This document shows, piece by piece, positions 36,356 through 47,700 of a stretch of DNA of 64,000 nt; positions within the stretch are counted from its first letter, which is position 1; each line of letters starts with the position of its first letter. Source of the DNA: Cyanobacteria bacterium P01_A01_bin.123 (GTDB taxonomy: Bacteria; Cyanobacteriota; Cyanobacteriia; Phormidesmidales; Phormidesmidaceae); NCBI GenBank assembly GCA_039815185.1, contig JBCBZT010000009.1, forward strand, positions 96,001-160,000, in the 5' to 3' direction. The position numbers and the translations under genes are program-made. Under the pieces are notes generated by a model that saw nothing but the letters and a program-made list of their open reading frames with translations, had not been told where the DNA came from and searched no databases.

Positions 36356-37492
36356 ATGGTTGACATTCTTGTTATTGACGATGATTTGGCAACCCAGAAG
36401 TTGCTCAAGCAGGTGTTTCAAAAAGATCCGTACACCATTGTTTGTGCAGATACAGGGGCAGCGGGGATTCGCCTAGCCCAATTAATCAAGCCAGCCTTGA
36501 TTATCTGCGATTGGGTTTTTCCAGAGGGGTTGGACGGCCTCGAAATTTGCCGCCGGATTAAGGCAGATCCGGCGTTTGAAACAACTTTCTTTATGATTCT
36601 GACTTCCCGCGCAGGCACTGCAGAGCGGGTCGAAGGCTTGGAAGCTGGCGCAGACGATCTGCTGTTTAAGCCTGTAGATTTTGGGGAACTCAAGGCTCGG
36701 GTCAAGGCAGGCTTGAGGATACATCAACTCACCCAAGCCCTAAAACATCAAAAACTGCTGCTCGAAGCAGAGCTCACTGAAGCTGCCGATTATGTTCGCT
36801 CTCTGCTGCCGTCTAATCTAACGGGAAAGGTGCCAATTACGGCCCAATTCATCCCCTCTAGCAAGCTTGGTGGCGACTGTTTCGACTATTACTGGCTCGA
36901 TCCTGACTATTTGGCCATTTACCTATTGGATGTATCGGGACACGGGTTAGGGTCGGCGCTATTGTCAATTTCCGTGCTCAATCTGTTGCGGTCTCAATCG
37001 TTGCCTGGAGTCAATTTTTATCGTCCTGAAAAGGTGCTGAGCGCTTTGAACGACACCTTTCAAATGGATGATCAGCACGACAAATATTTCACGATTTGGT
37101 ACGGCGTCTACAACCATGCCAAACGCCAACTCGCCTATGCTAGTGCGGGGCATCCACCTGCTATTTTGATCTCGGCTCAGGGAGAAGCCAGCGAGGTGCA
37201 ACAATTACGCACCCCGGGTATGCCCATTGGCATGATGCCAGATGCACGATTTAGTTGGCAGCGCTGCCAGGTTGCCCCGGATAGTCGTCTCTATGTCTTC
37301 AGCGACGGTATCTATGAAAGTCAGAATATCTCCGATGGCGCCGCAGATTTTGATTTGCAGCACTTTATAAAAATTTTGGCCACTAATCCCACTGACAATA
37401 GTGTGGGAAAAATCCTAGATACCGTCCAGCAGTATCGACAAAACTGCACTTTTGAGGATGATTTGTCCCTACTAGAAGTGTGGCTAAAGTAA
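36356..37492 (+). CDS. Receiver domain plus PP2C/SpoIIE Ser/Thr phosphatase
   Basis: ILVIDDD...LIICDW receiver; GGDCFD, DVSGHG, SAGHPP, FSDG, DDLS. Confidence 0.92.
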   Translation: MVDILVIDDDLATQKLLKQVFQKDPYTIVCADTGAAGIRLAQLIKPALIICDWVFPEGLDGLEICRRIKADPAFETTFFMILTSRAGTAERVEGLEAGADDLLFKPVDFGELKARVKAGLRIHQLTQALKHQKLLLEAELTEAADYVRSLLPSNLTGKVPITAQFIPSSKLGGDCFDYYWLDPDYLAIYLLDVSGHGLGSALLSISVLNLLRSQSLPGVNFYRPEKVLSALNDTFQMDDQHDKYFTIWYGVYNHAKRQLAYASAGHPPAILISAQGEASEVQQLRTPGMPIGMMPDARFSWQRCQVAPDSRLYVFSDGIYESQNISDGAADFDLQHFIKILATNPTDNSVGKILDTVQQYRQNCTFEDDLSLLEVWLK

Positions 37493-37528
37493 ATTCGGAG
37501 CGGAACTAAAATAATTAGCTGATTGCGA

Positions 37529-37864
37529 TCAGCGGTTTGCGATCGTGGCTTCGAATTCCTGACGATCGCCAAACATGTCAAAAACCCGATCCATGCTGGT
37601 TAACTCAAACAGCATCCGCAGCTGTTCGTTAATTGAGCAAATATACATTTGGCGATCGCGTGCTTTAACCGCTTTTAGCGCAACCACCAGGGCACCGAGC
37701 CCGGAACTATCGACAAAGGTAATGTCTTTGAGATCAATCAACAGCGTATCCGCCCCAGACTCTAAGGCAGCCTCAACCTGTGTGCGAAAATCTGCAGCCT
37801 TTGTGCTGTCAAGAATACCGCTTGGCTCGATCACTTTTACATTTGGACCCATGATGCTCGACAT
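37529..37864 (-). CDS. STAS domain anti-sigma factor antagonist
   Basis: LLIDLKDITFVDSSGLGALV; convergent with the phosphatase gene. Confidence 0.92.
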   Translation of the reverse strand: MSSIMGPNVKVIEPSGILDSTKAADFRTQVEAALESGADTLLIDLKDITFVDSSGLGALVVALKAVKARDRQMYICSINEQLRMLFELTSMDRVFDMFGDRQEFEATIANR

Positions 37865-38050
37865 TCGTATCGGCCTACAACAATAGCAAAGATCTTCGTA
37901 AATCAGCGTTGCCCTTCTATGGAGTACCAAGCATCCCTATGATAATGATATCGGATCAGATGCCAGATTCTAGCTAGAACAACCGACTCCAGACAAATAG
38001 TACCCTGTTATTAAGACCAACACACGGAAGCTGATGTGTGATGTTTGGGT

Positions 38051-39826
38051 TTATCTTTCGACGAGACGAATAAACAGGGAACCTTGTCGTAGAGACTGAC
38101 GACTAGAGGGGCGACCCCTAATCGCTAAGGACTGTAAATGGTCTAACCAGGGTTGGCCCCATCGACTAGCCCACTGAACCGTTGGCAATTGAGATTCTAG
38201 AATAGGGCGTAGGGTTGGCCAGTCGAGGTAGAACGTACCGATATCAGTTTTGGCACTGGTCTGAGGCAGAGGCGCGATCGCAGTTTGGAAAAGCGGATTA
38301 GCTGCAATAGAATTTTGAGTCGCTTTTAGGGCTTGATCCAAGGCTTGGGCAGAGCTAGCCAAAATCCCGTAATCATCCACCTCAGCCAGCAGCCCCTTCA
38401 CCTCTGCTTGGAGTTGAAGCCCATTGGTAGCCGTAGACGCCGTAGATAGGACTGTCCAGGCGGTTACTGGGGTGTCTCCTAACTGTAGAGGGCCGACGTT
38501 GAAGCCACTTTCTCGGGCAAGTTGGTTGAGTGGGTCACTAAAGATTTCCGGCGTCGATTGTGGCAATTGAGTGACGAAAATCCAATCCGGTTGAGTCGAC
38601 TGACGCCCTGGGACAGCGGCTAGGGCATAGGGGCGATCGCCCCAAATAAAATTCAGTCCAGAGATGTCATCTGCAAGTGAAGCTGTTGAGAGTCGTTTAG
38701 GCAAGCGAGTCGTGAGTTGCTCCCCAAATTCGGCGGTTAACGTTGCCAGCAGCTGATCTAAATGATTACCACTGGCAGCTAGGGTTGCTGAGGGCGGAAT
38801 GTGGCGCAGGGCTTTAGCTGTGGACAGATCAGCCGGGGTATTTAGAGTTGCATTTGACCCATCAGTAAGGGTTAAAACGGTATCGGCTAAAATCCCTTGG
38901 GGATGGAGGTGAAAGGCCAGCAATAAGGTATCCAGCGGCGGCGTCTCTGACTCAATCAGAGACGCTGGTAGTGAGTCGTCGGTCAGTCCTATCCAGCGGT
39001 TAAACGCCGATAAGTTGATGTAAGTTAACCCAATGGGATGAGACGCTAAGGTTTGGAGGGTACGCTGGTATATCGGCGATTGGACTAAATTCAAATCGCG
39101 GGCTTGGGCAGTGGTAATGGCCTGACGCAGCACCGCCGGATCATTCGCAAAGAGCAAAAACTGGTTGCCCACAACGGCACTGGCCATAGATTGATGGGCC
39201 GCGGGTACTTTACGGGCTGCATCGGATCCGGCAAAGTTAACAGCTTGGGGTTGTTGGTAAATCAGCTGCACGCCAGCATATTGTTCAAACAGAAGGCTAG
39301 CCCCTGCGATCGCGCGCTTTTGCCAAAATAGCTGCATAAATTCCCGAGCCCGATTGCCGTCCTGGCTGGCAATCGCCCAGAGATAACCCGGTTGTTCTCC
39401 GTTGCTGGGATCGCGATCGCGATCGATCGCGGTGACTGCGAAGGTAATCTCATTGCCCAACCACGCTTGAACATCTTGTTCGTAGTTCACGCCAATGGGG
39501 TCTAGCAAGGTCCGTTTAAGCTGAGCCACTTCCGCAATCGCTTGGCGACGATGGGCAGGGGAGGCAACAATTTCTCGCAATCTCAAAAGTCGATCAGGAT
39601 TCACCAGCAGCGACAGCATTAACGGCGATCGCTTGGGGACAAAAATTGCCGCCGATGGCGCCGCTAGTGCCTCATTTTGGAGGGCGTTCAACGGTCTTTG
39701 AAGCGTTATCCCCAAGAAGCCACCAATGCCACCTAAGAAAAGCATTGACCCTGTAATCGCTAGGGCGACGATAAACGTACGAAATTTCATCAAAACACTC
39801 AATGCTGCCTTGACTGTCAAACCCAT
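38051..39826 (-). CDS. DUF3352 domain protein
   Basis: N-terminal TM; AAIFVPKRSPL, YEQDVQAWLGNEITFAVT..D.D...NG.QPGYL. Confidence 0.8.
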   Translation of the reverse strand: MGLTVKAALSVLMKFRTFIVALAITGSMLFLGGIGGFLGITLQRPLNALQNEALAAPSAAIFVPKRSPLMLSLLVNPDRLLRLREIVASPAHRRQAIAEVAQLKRTLLDPIGVNYEQDVQAWLGNEITFAVTAIDRDRDPSNGEQPGYLWAIASQDGNRAREFMQLFWQKRAIAGASLLFEQYAGVQLIYQQPQAVNFAGSDAARKVPAAHQSMASAVVGNQFLLFANDPAVLRQAITTAQARDLNLVQSPIYQRTLQTLASHPIGLTYINLSAFNRWIGLTDDSLPASLIESETPPLDTLLLAFHLHPQGILADTVLTLTDGSNATLNTPADLSTAKALRHIPPSATLAASGNHLDQLLATLTAEFGEQLTTRLPKRLSTASLADDISGLNFIWGDRPYALAAVPGRQSTQPDWIFVTQLPQSTPEIFSDPLNQLARESGFNVGPLQLGDTPVTAWTVLSTASTATNGLQLQAEVKGLLAEVDDYGILASSAQALDQALKATQNSIAANPLFQTAIAPLPQTSAKTDIGTFYLDWPTLRPILESQLPTVQWASRWGQPWLDHLQSLAIRGRPSSRQSLRQGSLFIRLVER

Positions 39827-39970
39827 GACTTTACTGCTCTACCGAAATGCAGCCGCCGCCATGTCAAGACATAGTGTATTACTCCAAGGCTTATTCAAAC
39901 CCTTGGAGACTCAATTTTGCCACCAAAACTTAAGACTTCAGTAATCCGCAGCGCCTTAGTGAAACAGCCT

Positions 39971-40576
39971 CTAAAGGGATGGGGTTGACCGCCAAACCGC
40001 CACCAACTGCCCCTGCACTTCAACTTGCTCTGCGGGAAATGGCATTTCGTCGTAATTAGGATTGGCGGGCTTAAGGGTGATCGTGTCTCCCTTCAAGTAA
40101 AAATATTTGAGCGTCGTTGTACTCTCAACCCGAGCCGCTACGATGGTGCCATTTTTGATCGCCTTGGGATCAGCCACTGGACGCATGATCACGATATCTC
40201 CATCATCGATTAAGGCTTCAATCATGCTGTCACCACTGACACGGAGGGCAAAGTCTTTTGGCTTAATCGGCAGCGTGGTTAAATCCAGACGCTCTGAGGT
40301 ATCTGGAAAAACCTCAACCATTGAACCTGCGGCGATCGCCCCCAGGATCGGTACCCCTCGACCTGCTTGCAACAGCCGAATCGTTCGAGCTTTCCCCTCT
40401 GTCCAGTCGATATAGCCCTTATTCTTTAGATGGTCTAAACGACTTTGAATCGGCGCAGGGGACTTCAAACCCATTGCTTTCATCATTTGACGAATAGAAG
40501 GGGAATGCTGGTTATCTCGGATATACTCTACGAGCCAGTCATACAGCTCTTGTTGGGCGTCGGTTAGAGATTCCAT
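39971..40576 (-). CDS. lexA: LexA repressor
   Basis: SPSIRQM...SPAPIQSRL HTH, AAG cleavage site, GDSM (Ser), TTLK (Lys). Confidence 0.96.
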   Translation of the reverse strand: MESLTDAQQELYDWLVEYIRDNQHSPSIRQMMKAMGLKSPAPIQSRLDHLKNKGYIDWTEGKARTIRLLQAGRGVPILGAIAAGSMVEVFPDTSERLDLTTLPIKPKDFALRVSGDSMIEALIDDGDIVIMRPVADPKAIKNGTIVAARVESTTTLKYFYLKGDTITLKPANPNYDEMPFPAEQVEVQGQLVAVWRSTPSL

Positions 40577-40627
40577 GGTACCGATTAATAAACAGTGATT
40601 TGAAGGATACTTGACTACCCCTCAACA

Positions 40628-40641
40628 AGAACAAGCGTACC
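40628..40641 (-). promoter_or_regulatory. Cyanobacterial LexA box (autoregulation)
   Basis: Minus strand GGTACGCTTGTTCT fits RGTACNNNDGTWCB, about 50 nt upstream of lexA. Confidence 0.7.
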
Positions 40642-40706
40642 AACAAAACTTCAAAATGTCTATTTAGATCTATGAATCTTTATTTGATCAGAAAATAATG
40701 GACAAC

Positions 40707-40733
40707 AAAAAAGCGCAGCGTTAGCCGCGCTCT
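40707..40733 (-). terminator. Intrinsic terminator after sigA
   Basis: AGCGCGGC-TAAC-GCTGCGCT followed by a T run on the minus strand. Confidence 0.75.
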
Positions 40734-40775
40734 CAATCAGCATCCAGTCATGTCATTCAAGACCAGCGCTAGAAC

Positions 40776-41903
40776 CTAGCGAATATACTCCTTCAGCACG
40801 CTATTGCGGTTGGGATGACGCAGCTTACGCAGTGCTTTGGCCTCAATCTGGCGAATCCGCTCACGGGTGACGTTGAAAATTTGACCAATCTCCTCTAAGG
40901 TCTTCATGCGGCCATCATCTAGGCCATAACGCAGACGTAGGACATCACGCTCACGAGGCGACAGGGTCCCCAGAACACCCTCTAAGTCTTCCCTTAACAG
41001 GCTCTTAGAGACTTGATCTTCAGGAGTTTCACCATCAGATTCAATAAAATCACCCAGGCGAGAATCTTCTTCCTTACCGATCGGCGTTTCCAGAGAAATG
41101 GGGAGTTGGGCTGACTTCGCAATGAACCTCAGCTTCTCGATCGTCATTTCCATCCGAGTGGCAATTTCTTCTTCAGTGGGCTTACGACCCAACTCTTGGG
41201 AAAGAAGTTTTGTCGTCTTCTTGATACGAGAGATCGTCTCATAGAGGTGAACTGGAAGACGAATGGTGCGGGACTGATCCGCGATCGCTCTGGTGATTGC
41301 CTGACGAATCCACCAGGTCGCATAAGTCGAAAACTTATAGCCTTTCTCGTGGTCAAACTTTTCAGCTGCCCGAATTAAGCCTAGACTTCCTTCCTGAATT
41401 AAATCTTGGAAAGACAGCCCCCGGTTCATATACTTCTTTGCAATCGAAACAACGAGGCGGAGATTCGATTGAACCATTTTGTCCTTGGCTCGACGTCCCA
41501 GATGGAGACGACGACGAAACGCTGGTAGTGGCATTTCGACAGCTTCAGCCCACTCGCCATCATTGGGTTCCCGTTCAAGAGACTCAGCTAACTGTTCACG
41601 AATCCGCTCTAGTTCCAGCAGATCAGAAATCTTACGGGCCAGTTCAATCTCTTCTTCTGCCCGCAGCAAACGGATGCGGCCAATTTCCTGTAGGTAGAGA
41701 CGAATGGAATCTTCTGTATAAGGCTTCTTCTTAGTTTGAGCACGACGGCGGGTTGCTTTCCCCTTCGTGGCCTTTACTGGTTCTTCCTCAGCGGCTTCCG
41801 AACTTTGAGGCGTGAAACCCTCGTTGCCATCGTTATCAATCAAGAGATCTAGATCACTGGTAGGTTCAATGGTTCCGAGTACATTGTTAGCTGCTTGGGT
41901 CAT
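40776..41903 (-). CDS. sigA: Principal RNA polymerase sigma factor SigA (RpoD)
   Basis: [46 protein letters not shown]. Confidence 0.96.
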   Translation of the reverse strand: MTQAANNVLGTIEPTSDLDLLIDNDGNEGFTPQSSEAAEEEPVKATKGKATRRRAQTKKKPYTEDSIRLYLQEIGRIRLLRAEEEIELARKISDLLELERIREQLAESLEREPNDGEWAEAVEMPLPAFRRRLHLGRRAKDKMVQSNLRLVVSIAKKYMNRGLSFQDLIQEGSLGLIRAAEKFDHEKGYKFSTYATWWIRQAITRAIADQSRTIRLPVHLYETISRIKKTTKLLSQELGRKPTEEEIATRMEMTIEKLRFIAKSAQLPISLETPIGKEEDSRLGDFIESDGETPEDQVSKSLLREDLEGVLGTLSPRERDVLRLRYGLDDGRMKTLEEIGQIFNVTRERIRQIEAKALRKLRHPNRNSVLKEYIR

Positions 41904-42537
41904 GCCGCGTTCCTCATGCTCCTTAATCGTTCAAAATCAAAAATTCGAGCTTACGTCCCAATTGTTGGGTGCAAACTCAGGTGTTGGGGCTGACATTCTA
42001 GGAGAATGCTACTTAGCTTCAATCTCAATGCTGTGGCGTCGATCAACGCCGAAAACCCTTAGCTCCCATCAGGTTCATCAAGGACGTAACGAACCCAGTT
42101 AGCGTGGGCATCTTCAAATTGTAGCTTTTCAAACAAATAATGCGCCATAAGATTTGGAGCAATTCTTTTGAAATCAGGTTAGTTGATTCAAACCTAACCC
42201 AGCTGATCTGAATAGTGACGCCAGTGTATTTACTTAGCATAGCTATTCTACCTAGAAGCCGCCATAGAATCCGCCAAACGGCTTATTTTCCTCTGGATAG
42301 CCTTATTTCCCTTACATGGAAAACTGTCTTTGCATAGAGAATCGTGGCGCTCGCCGCAATGATTCTCTATGCTGCAGCATTAGGACGCTCTTAAATCGCC
42401 AGTCCCCCTTGGAGGCAAGAACTTTAGCAACTGCTATACCGGCTTCTCACTAAACAGATACAGACAATGCCCTAAAGGCCTGATGCAGGCTCAGATATGC
42501 CTATACAGAGCTTTTTCAAATGGAAGGCGATTGACCT

Positions 42538-42939
42538 TTAGACACAAGACTGTTTTGCCCAAGCGGACTGGACTAGAGTTGTTAAGATGTCGCCGCTCAA
42601 AGGCTTGACTAAAAAGCCATCAATTCCTGAGTAGTCTTCTTCATAAATCCAACTGGGATTATGGGACTCAGTTAGGGCAACAATAGTCACGCCAGATTTT
42701 TGGCCAGAACTTTGGATAGTCCACCTCAGCTTGTGAACCAACGACTGAGCTGAATCTTGATGATTTCCGGCCAAAATGACCAGATAAGGCGCTATTTGCC
42801 CAGCCCTAGCCACAGCCTGCTCAATAGAATTAGCAACAAATACCGAACATCGGAGCCTCTTCAAAACAGACTGAACGATCTGTAAATCGCCACACTGCTG
42901 ATCTAAAAGAAGAATATATTCTTGTTGGGAAACTGTCAT
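42538..42939 (-). CDS. Atypical single-domain response regulator (pseudo-receiver)
   Basis: Receiver fold (IVALT, DGFLVKPL), but PYLVILAG lacks the phosphoacceptor Asp. Confidence 0.75.
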   Translation of the reverse strand: MTVSQQEYILLLDQQCGDLQIVQSVLKRLRCSVFVANSIEQAVARAGQIAPYLVILAGNHQDSAQSLVHKLRWTIQSSGQKSGVTIVALTESHNPSWIYEEDYSGIDGFLVKPLSGDILTTLVQSAWAKQSCV

Positions 42940-43488
42940 AAGTGGCTAGATGCGTTGGGCATCTCCAAAATTCACCTGAAGTAACGCTCGTACAACTCAT
43001 GCAAAAACGCTATTGTTCTGAAATTGATTACTCTGAAATTGAGTAACCAGCTCAGGATTCGCACCCTTCAATAATAGAGGGATTCAAATTAAGACTCCCA
43101 ATGCTATTTACTTTCTTAAGCTGTTTGACTTGAATTGGGTTTTGAGTATCAAGAAATATCAATTCACTTTGCATAACGCCCTAATTCAAGTTACGCATCG
43201 AAATTGAATTTAAATTAACTTAACCTTCTCAAGATACTTCCTGGAGATCGCAAAACCTTTGCTGAACATGGCTTTGAAGGAATATAATGATCAATTTCTA
43301 AGTGTCAACTCTAGAGAATTGGAAAGCTTTATTAAGATGCCAGCTTTACAAAGCTATCATTTATTTAATCGATATTAAAAACCAAGCAAAAACTAGCAGC
43401 AATGAACTCTAAGACGCTTATTACGTCTAGGACTCTGAACGTTCTTTGTAGTGAAAACAACTTTATTCAAAGAATAAATGTGTGAACC

Positions 43489-44079
43489 ATGAACATCCAT
43501 AGTTCTAAGTCCTGTCTTGCTCAAATGCACAAAATAGATCGATTCCTTTTAGGATTGCTTGGGTTATTTTTGGCTCTAGGAGTGTGGGCCTGTGATCAAT
43601 TGGCAGAAGAGTTAACTATCGTTGTGCAAGACTACACGGCGATCGCAGACGTAACCTATAGCTGGCAGGTAGAGTATGCCGAGAGTTTTGACATTGCCCG
43701 GACGATTCGCCAGGAGACGTTTGCCTCGACTCACCTGACAAACCGTAATGGTGTTGCCCCTGAAGGGGCAGTGACAGGCCCAGATGATCAGGGACTTTGG
43801 TGGCCTGCTTTACCCCCTCGCCCAACGGTTGACGAACTCGAAGCCCGGCAAAAAGAGGCTCGAGAAAAGCGAGCTGACCCAACATTGTTAAAACAGGTGA
43901 ACTATCGCATTGAGTTTGTAACGGATGGGGTAAACCAAACTGCTGCCACCAAACACATTGTCTACCGTCAAGTCGTAAAAGCTCATGCGGCAGGCCAGGT
44001 GCTAATGCTCACGCTTACCCCAGGACAAAATTTTGTGGTTAATGCAGAGCCCCACGAGGGTGATGGAGAAACATTTTGA
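43489..44079 (+). CDS. Hypothetical lipoprotein
   Basis: Hydrophobic signal with VWAC lipobox; TYSWQVEY and GPDDQGLWWPALPPRPTVDE motifs. Confidence 0.7.
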   Translation: MNIHSSKSCLAQMHKIDRFLLGLLGLFLALGVWACDQLAEELTIVVQDYTAIADVTYSWQVEYAESFDIARTIRQETFASTHLTNRNGVAPEGAVTGPDDQGLWWPALPPRPTVDELEARQKEAREKRADPTLLKQVNYRIEFVTDGVNQTAATKHIVYRQVVKAHAAGQVLMLTLTPGQNFVVNAEPHEGDGETF

Positions 44080-44106
44080 GCCGATGGCATCGGCTCAAAA
44101 TGTTTC
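44068..44106. repeat. Perfect 39-bp palindrome (19-bp arms)
   Basis: GAAACATTTTGAGCCGATG-G-CATCGGCTCAAAATGTTTC, overlapping the stop codon at 44077-44079. Confidence 0.9.
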
Positions 44107-44134
44107 AATTCTGTAATATAACCTCTAGTTATAG

Positions 44135-44659
44135 ATGGGTTTGGGGCACATTAGGACAAGCGTTAATCCAGTCTTAACCATGTCTACTCGGAGCCTGTTT
44201 GTTTCGATGCTGCTAGGTGTAGGAGTGTGTCTCACCGCAACCACATTGCCAAGTCATGCTCAAGCGGTTGCGGTGAGTGCTGTGCATCAGGCAACGGCAG
44301 CGGCATTGGTTGAGCGGGGTAATGATTTTTATCAACGGGGCGATGTGGAAACTGCGATCGCTTTCTATACCACTGCGATCGAACGGGATCCCAATTCGGT
44401 TTTGGCCTATGTAACCCGGGCTGGAGCCTATGGTGGTACAGGCGACTATGACGCCGCAATTGCAGACTACAATAGCGCGATCGCAATTGACTCTAATGCT
44501 GCCTCTGCCTACGGTGGTCGTGGTTATGCTCGTTATCGCAGCGGTGACACTGACGCCGGCATCGCCGACCTCTGGGATGCGGCCTTACTGTTTCGCAAGC
44601 AGGCCCGTATGGATGCCTATCATGAAACCCTGGGTGTGATTAGACGCCTTGACCCATAG
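44135..44659 (+). CDS. Small exported TPR protein
   Basis: Signal peptide and about 3 TPRs (AIAFYTTAIERDP, AIADYNSAIAID). Confidence 0.85.
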   Translation: MGLGHIRTSVNPVLTMSTRSLFVSMLLGVGVCLTATTLPSHAQAVAVSAVHQATAAALVERGNDFYQRGDVETAIAFYTTAIERDPNSVLAYVTRAGAYGGTGDYDAAIADYNSAIAIDSNAASAYGGRGYARYRSGDTDAGIADLWDAALLFRKQARMDAYHETLGVIRRLDP

Positions 44660-44739
44660 GATTTGGTTTGGATTTGATTTTTAAGCTCCCATTGTATTTT
44701 CCTTAAAAAGCTCCTAAGTATTGATGCGCTTAAGCTAGA

Positions 44740-47700
44740 GTGAGACAGCGCAAAGTGGCCAAATATTGGGGGATTGTGGTGACGCGAAATGCAAGAGTGC
44801 TGAGAACTATCTTGAAAATTGGCTTGGGTTGCTTGGTGGGTTTTGCCTTGGCGATTTCGGGCCTGTTTGCCAATTTGACTCCGGCCCAACTCGTCTCACT
44901 GCCGAAAACACCCCAGGCAAAAGCATCCCAGTTTGAAATATCACCTGCAACGTCTCCGTCAGTAGCATCCCCAGCCCAGACGCCATCAGCTGAGCTATCC
45001 AGAGCTGCTCATACCCTAGTAACTCTGGATGGGGCTGAATCCTCTAGCTCTGGGACAAAGCAACCCAATCCAGAATCTTCTTCAACTATCAAAGCTGCTG
45101 AGGAAAACGCCAACGGTAGTGAGAATAATGGGGGTTTGCGTCCCTTTGACCAAGTCGTTGGGGGTCTAGAGCCGTTGGCGGGGATGCTGACACTTTATCG
45201 CGATCGCGACAAAGGCAAACTCTATCTTGCACTAACGCCTCAGCAACTGAATCGCAATTTTCTGCTGGTCACGACCCTAGAATCAGGCATTGGCGAAGCA
45301 GGGCTGTTTAATGGTTGGCCGATCAGCGATCAGGTGATTCAGTTCCGCCGGGCTCCGGCTAATCGTCTGCAAGTAGTTGTGCCCAACTTTAACTTTCGAG
45401 GCGAGGGGCAACAGCGACAGATTGAAAATAGTTACAGTGACTCGATACTCTATGGCTTGCCTATTGTCAGCATCAAAGCCGATGATACGGTGCTGATTGA
45501 CTTCAGCAGCCTACTGCTGAGTAACGACCTGGCTGACTTAACCGGCAGATTGGGGTGGGCTTTAGGAGGCTACATTCCCGATTCCACCACCTCTTACATG
45601 TCTGAGGTTAAAGCGTTTCCCCAGAATCTGGAAGTCGAAGCCAACATTGGCTTTAGTGGCCTCTCGGATGGCGGCGTGGGGGGCTTTCCCTTTGGTTTTG
45701 GCAGCCTGCCTGATTCTCGGGGATTTAGCATCTCGGTACACTACAGCCTATCGGAGTTGCCTACTGACAACGGCTACCGTCCCCGTCTGGCCGATGAACG
45801 CATTGGCTACTTTGTCACCGCTTATCAAGAACCTCTGGCTTACGAACGCCGAGATCCCTTTGTGCGCTATGTCCAGCGCTGGCACTTAGAACGTCAACCC
45901 TCGAATGCTGAACTCGCCCCCCCAAAAGAACCGATTGTGTTTTGGCTGGAGAATACAGTGCCTGAACGATACCGGGACGCCATTCGCGAAGGGGCACTAT
46001 GGTGGAATGCTGCCTTTGAGCAAGCGGGGTTTGCAAACGCGATTGAAGTGCGGCAGATGCCTGACGATGCTGACTGGGATCCAGCAGATGTGCGCTACAA
46101 CACGATTCGCTGGTCAAATTCTTATCGGCCTTGGGCAGTCGCTTTGGGGCCATCGCGAGTAAATCCGCTGACGGGTGAGATCCTAGATGCCGATGTGATT
46201 ATTGACGCCAATATCATTCGCCAGCTCCGGGGAGAATATCAAAACCTAGCCGGTAACGGGTCGGACAATACTTATCTTTACAGCCAACTGTGTGGTCATC
46301 GGTTCCAAGCCCATATTGAACGTTGGTTGGCAATGCAGCAGGGGATGGATTTGGCCGAGGTGATGCAGCAGGGGTTTGAACTACCAGGGTTGTCTTTAGC
46401 AGACCATGACGTTACGCACAATACTTGCTTTGGGGTAGAATCTTCGCGACAGTTAGCCTTTGGCGGTTTGATGTTGTCTACTCTGCGGTTAGACCCGGCC
46501 AACCCGACAGCGGTCAACGCTTACATTCAGCAATATCTAAGTATGCTCACGGCCCATGAGGTCGGTCATACCTTGGGATTGCGCCACAATTTTCAGGGGA
46601 GTTTGCTGCGATCGCCTGACGAACTCAATGACCCCAGTCTCACCCAAACTGAGGGCATTGCCAATTCTGTCATGGACTACTTTCCGGCTAACTTAGCACC
46701 GCCAGGAGCCCCCCAAGCAGACTATTTTCCCAATCAAGTGGGGGCCTACGATCGGTTGGCTGTCGAGTATGGCTACACCGATACCGGAGCCATGCATCCC
46801 AATCAAGAAGTGCGTACGCTAGAAGCGATCGCCCAACGCATGAGCATTGAGGGTTTGGCCTATGCAACCGACGAGGACATTTTTAGCTTTTTAGATCCAG
46901 AAGCGCAGGCCTTTGATTTAAGCAGCGATCCAATGCAGTTTGCCCAGTGGCAAATGGACAATGCCCGAGAACACTGGCAGCGGCTAGATGGTGCCTATCT
47001 GTTACCGGAGCAAGGCTATGAGGAATTGCGCGATCGCTTTGAAACAGTCTATTGGTATTACGCCAACCAGGTGTTTACCCTGTCAGGCTATGTCGGTGGG
47101 CAAAACTTCAGCCGCCAACGGGCTGGCGACAGTGCTATTAGTGGTCGGCTGCCCTTTGAACCCGTGCCCATTGAGCAGCAGCGACAGGCATTAGCGTTGC
47201 TTAATACCTATGTGTTTGCCCCCGATGCCTTCCAGTTTTCCCCAACCTTGATCAACCAACTGGCTCCCGAGCGCTGGTACCACTGGGGCAGTCTTCCGAT
47301 CATTGCCCCGCTGGAGTACCCAATTTACGATCGCGTTTCTTTTCTTCAGGGTTTAGCGCTGATTGATGTGCTCTCGGGTGCCCGACTGTCTCGCTTACAG
47401 TCCGTTGCCATCGGCGATGCAGCAAGTGAAACGCTGAGCATTCCCGAACTATTTGACACAGTACAAGGAGATGTTTGGCAAGAACTAGCTGACTCTGACA
47501 CGGGCAATGTTTCCACCCTGCGTCGGGGATTACAACGCCATTACCTCGATATTCTCACAGGGCTGGTGTTGCAAAACCCTAGTCAACCGACTAACTTTTT
47601 AGAGCTAGTAATTGCTTTTGAAACCCTCTATGCACCAGAAGACGCCAAGGTGATCGCGCGTTATAAACTGCGCCAGCTAGCACAAGATATTCAAACCAGT

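Noticed and set aside
39408..39430. Run of overlapping GCGATCGC/GATC units as a special element
   Set aside because: Explained by ordinary HIP1 enrichment within a coding Asp-Arg repeat; a similar run occurs near 50545-50570.
42940..43488. AT-rich 550-bp intergenic region as an origin or sRNA locus
   Set aside because: No DnaA-box cluster or convincing structure; only a short CTGAAATTGA direct repeat, consistent with divergent promoters.
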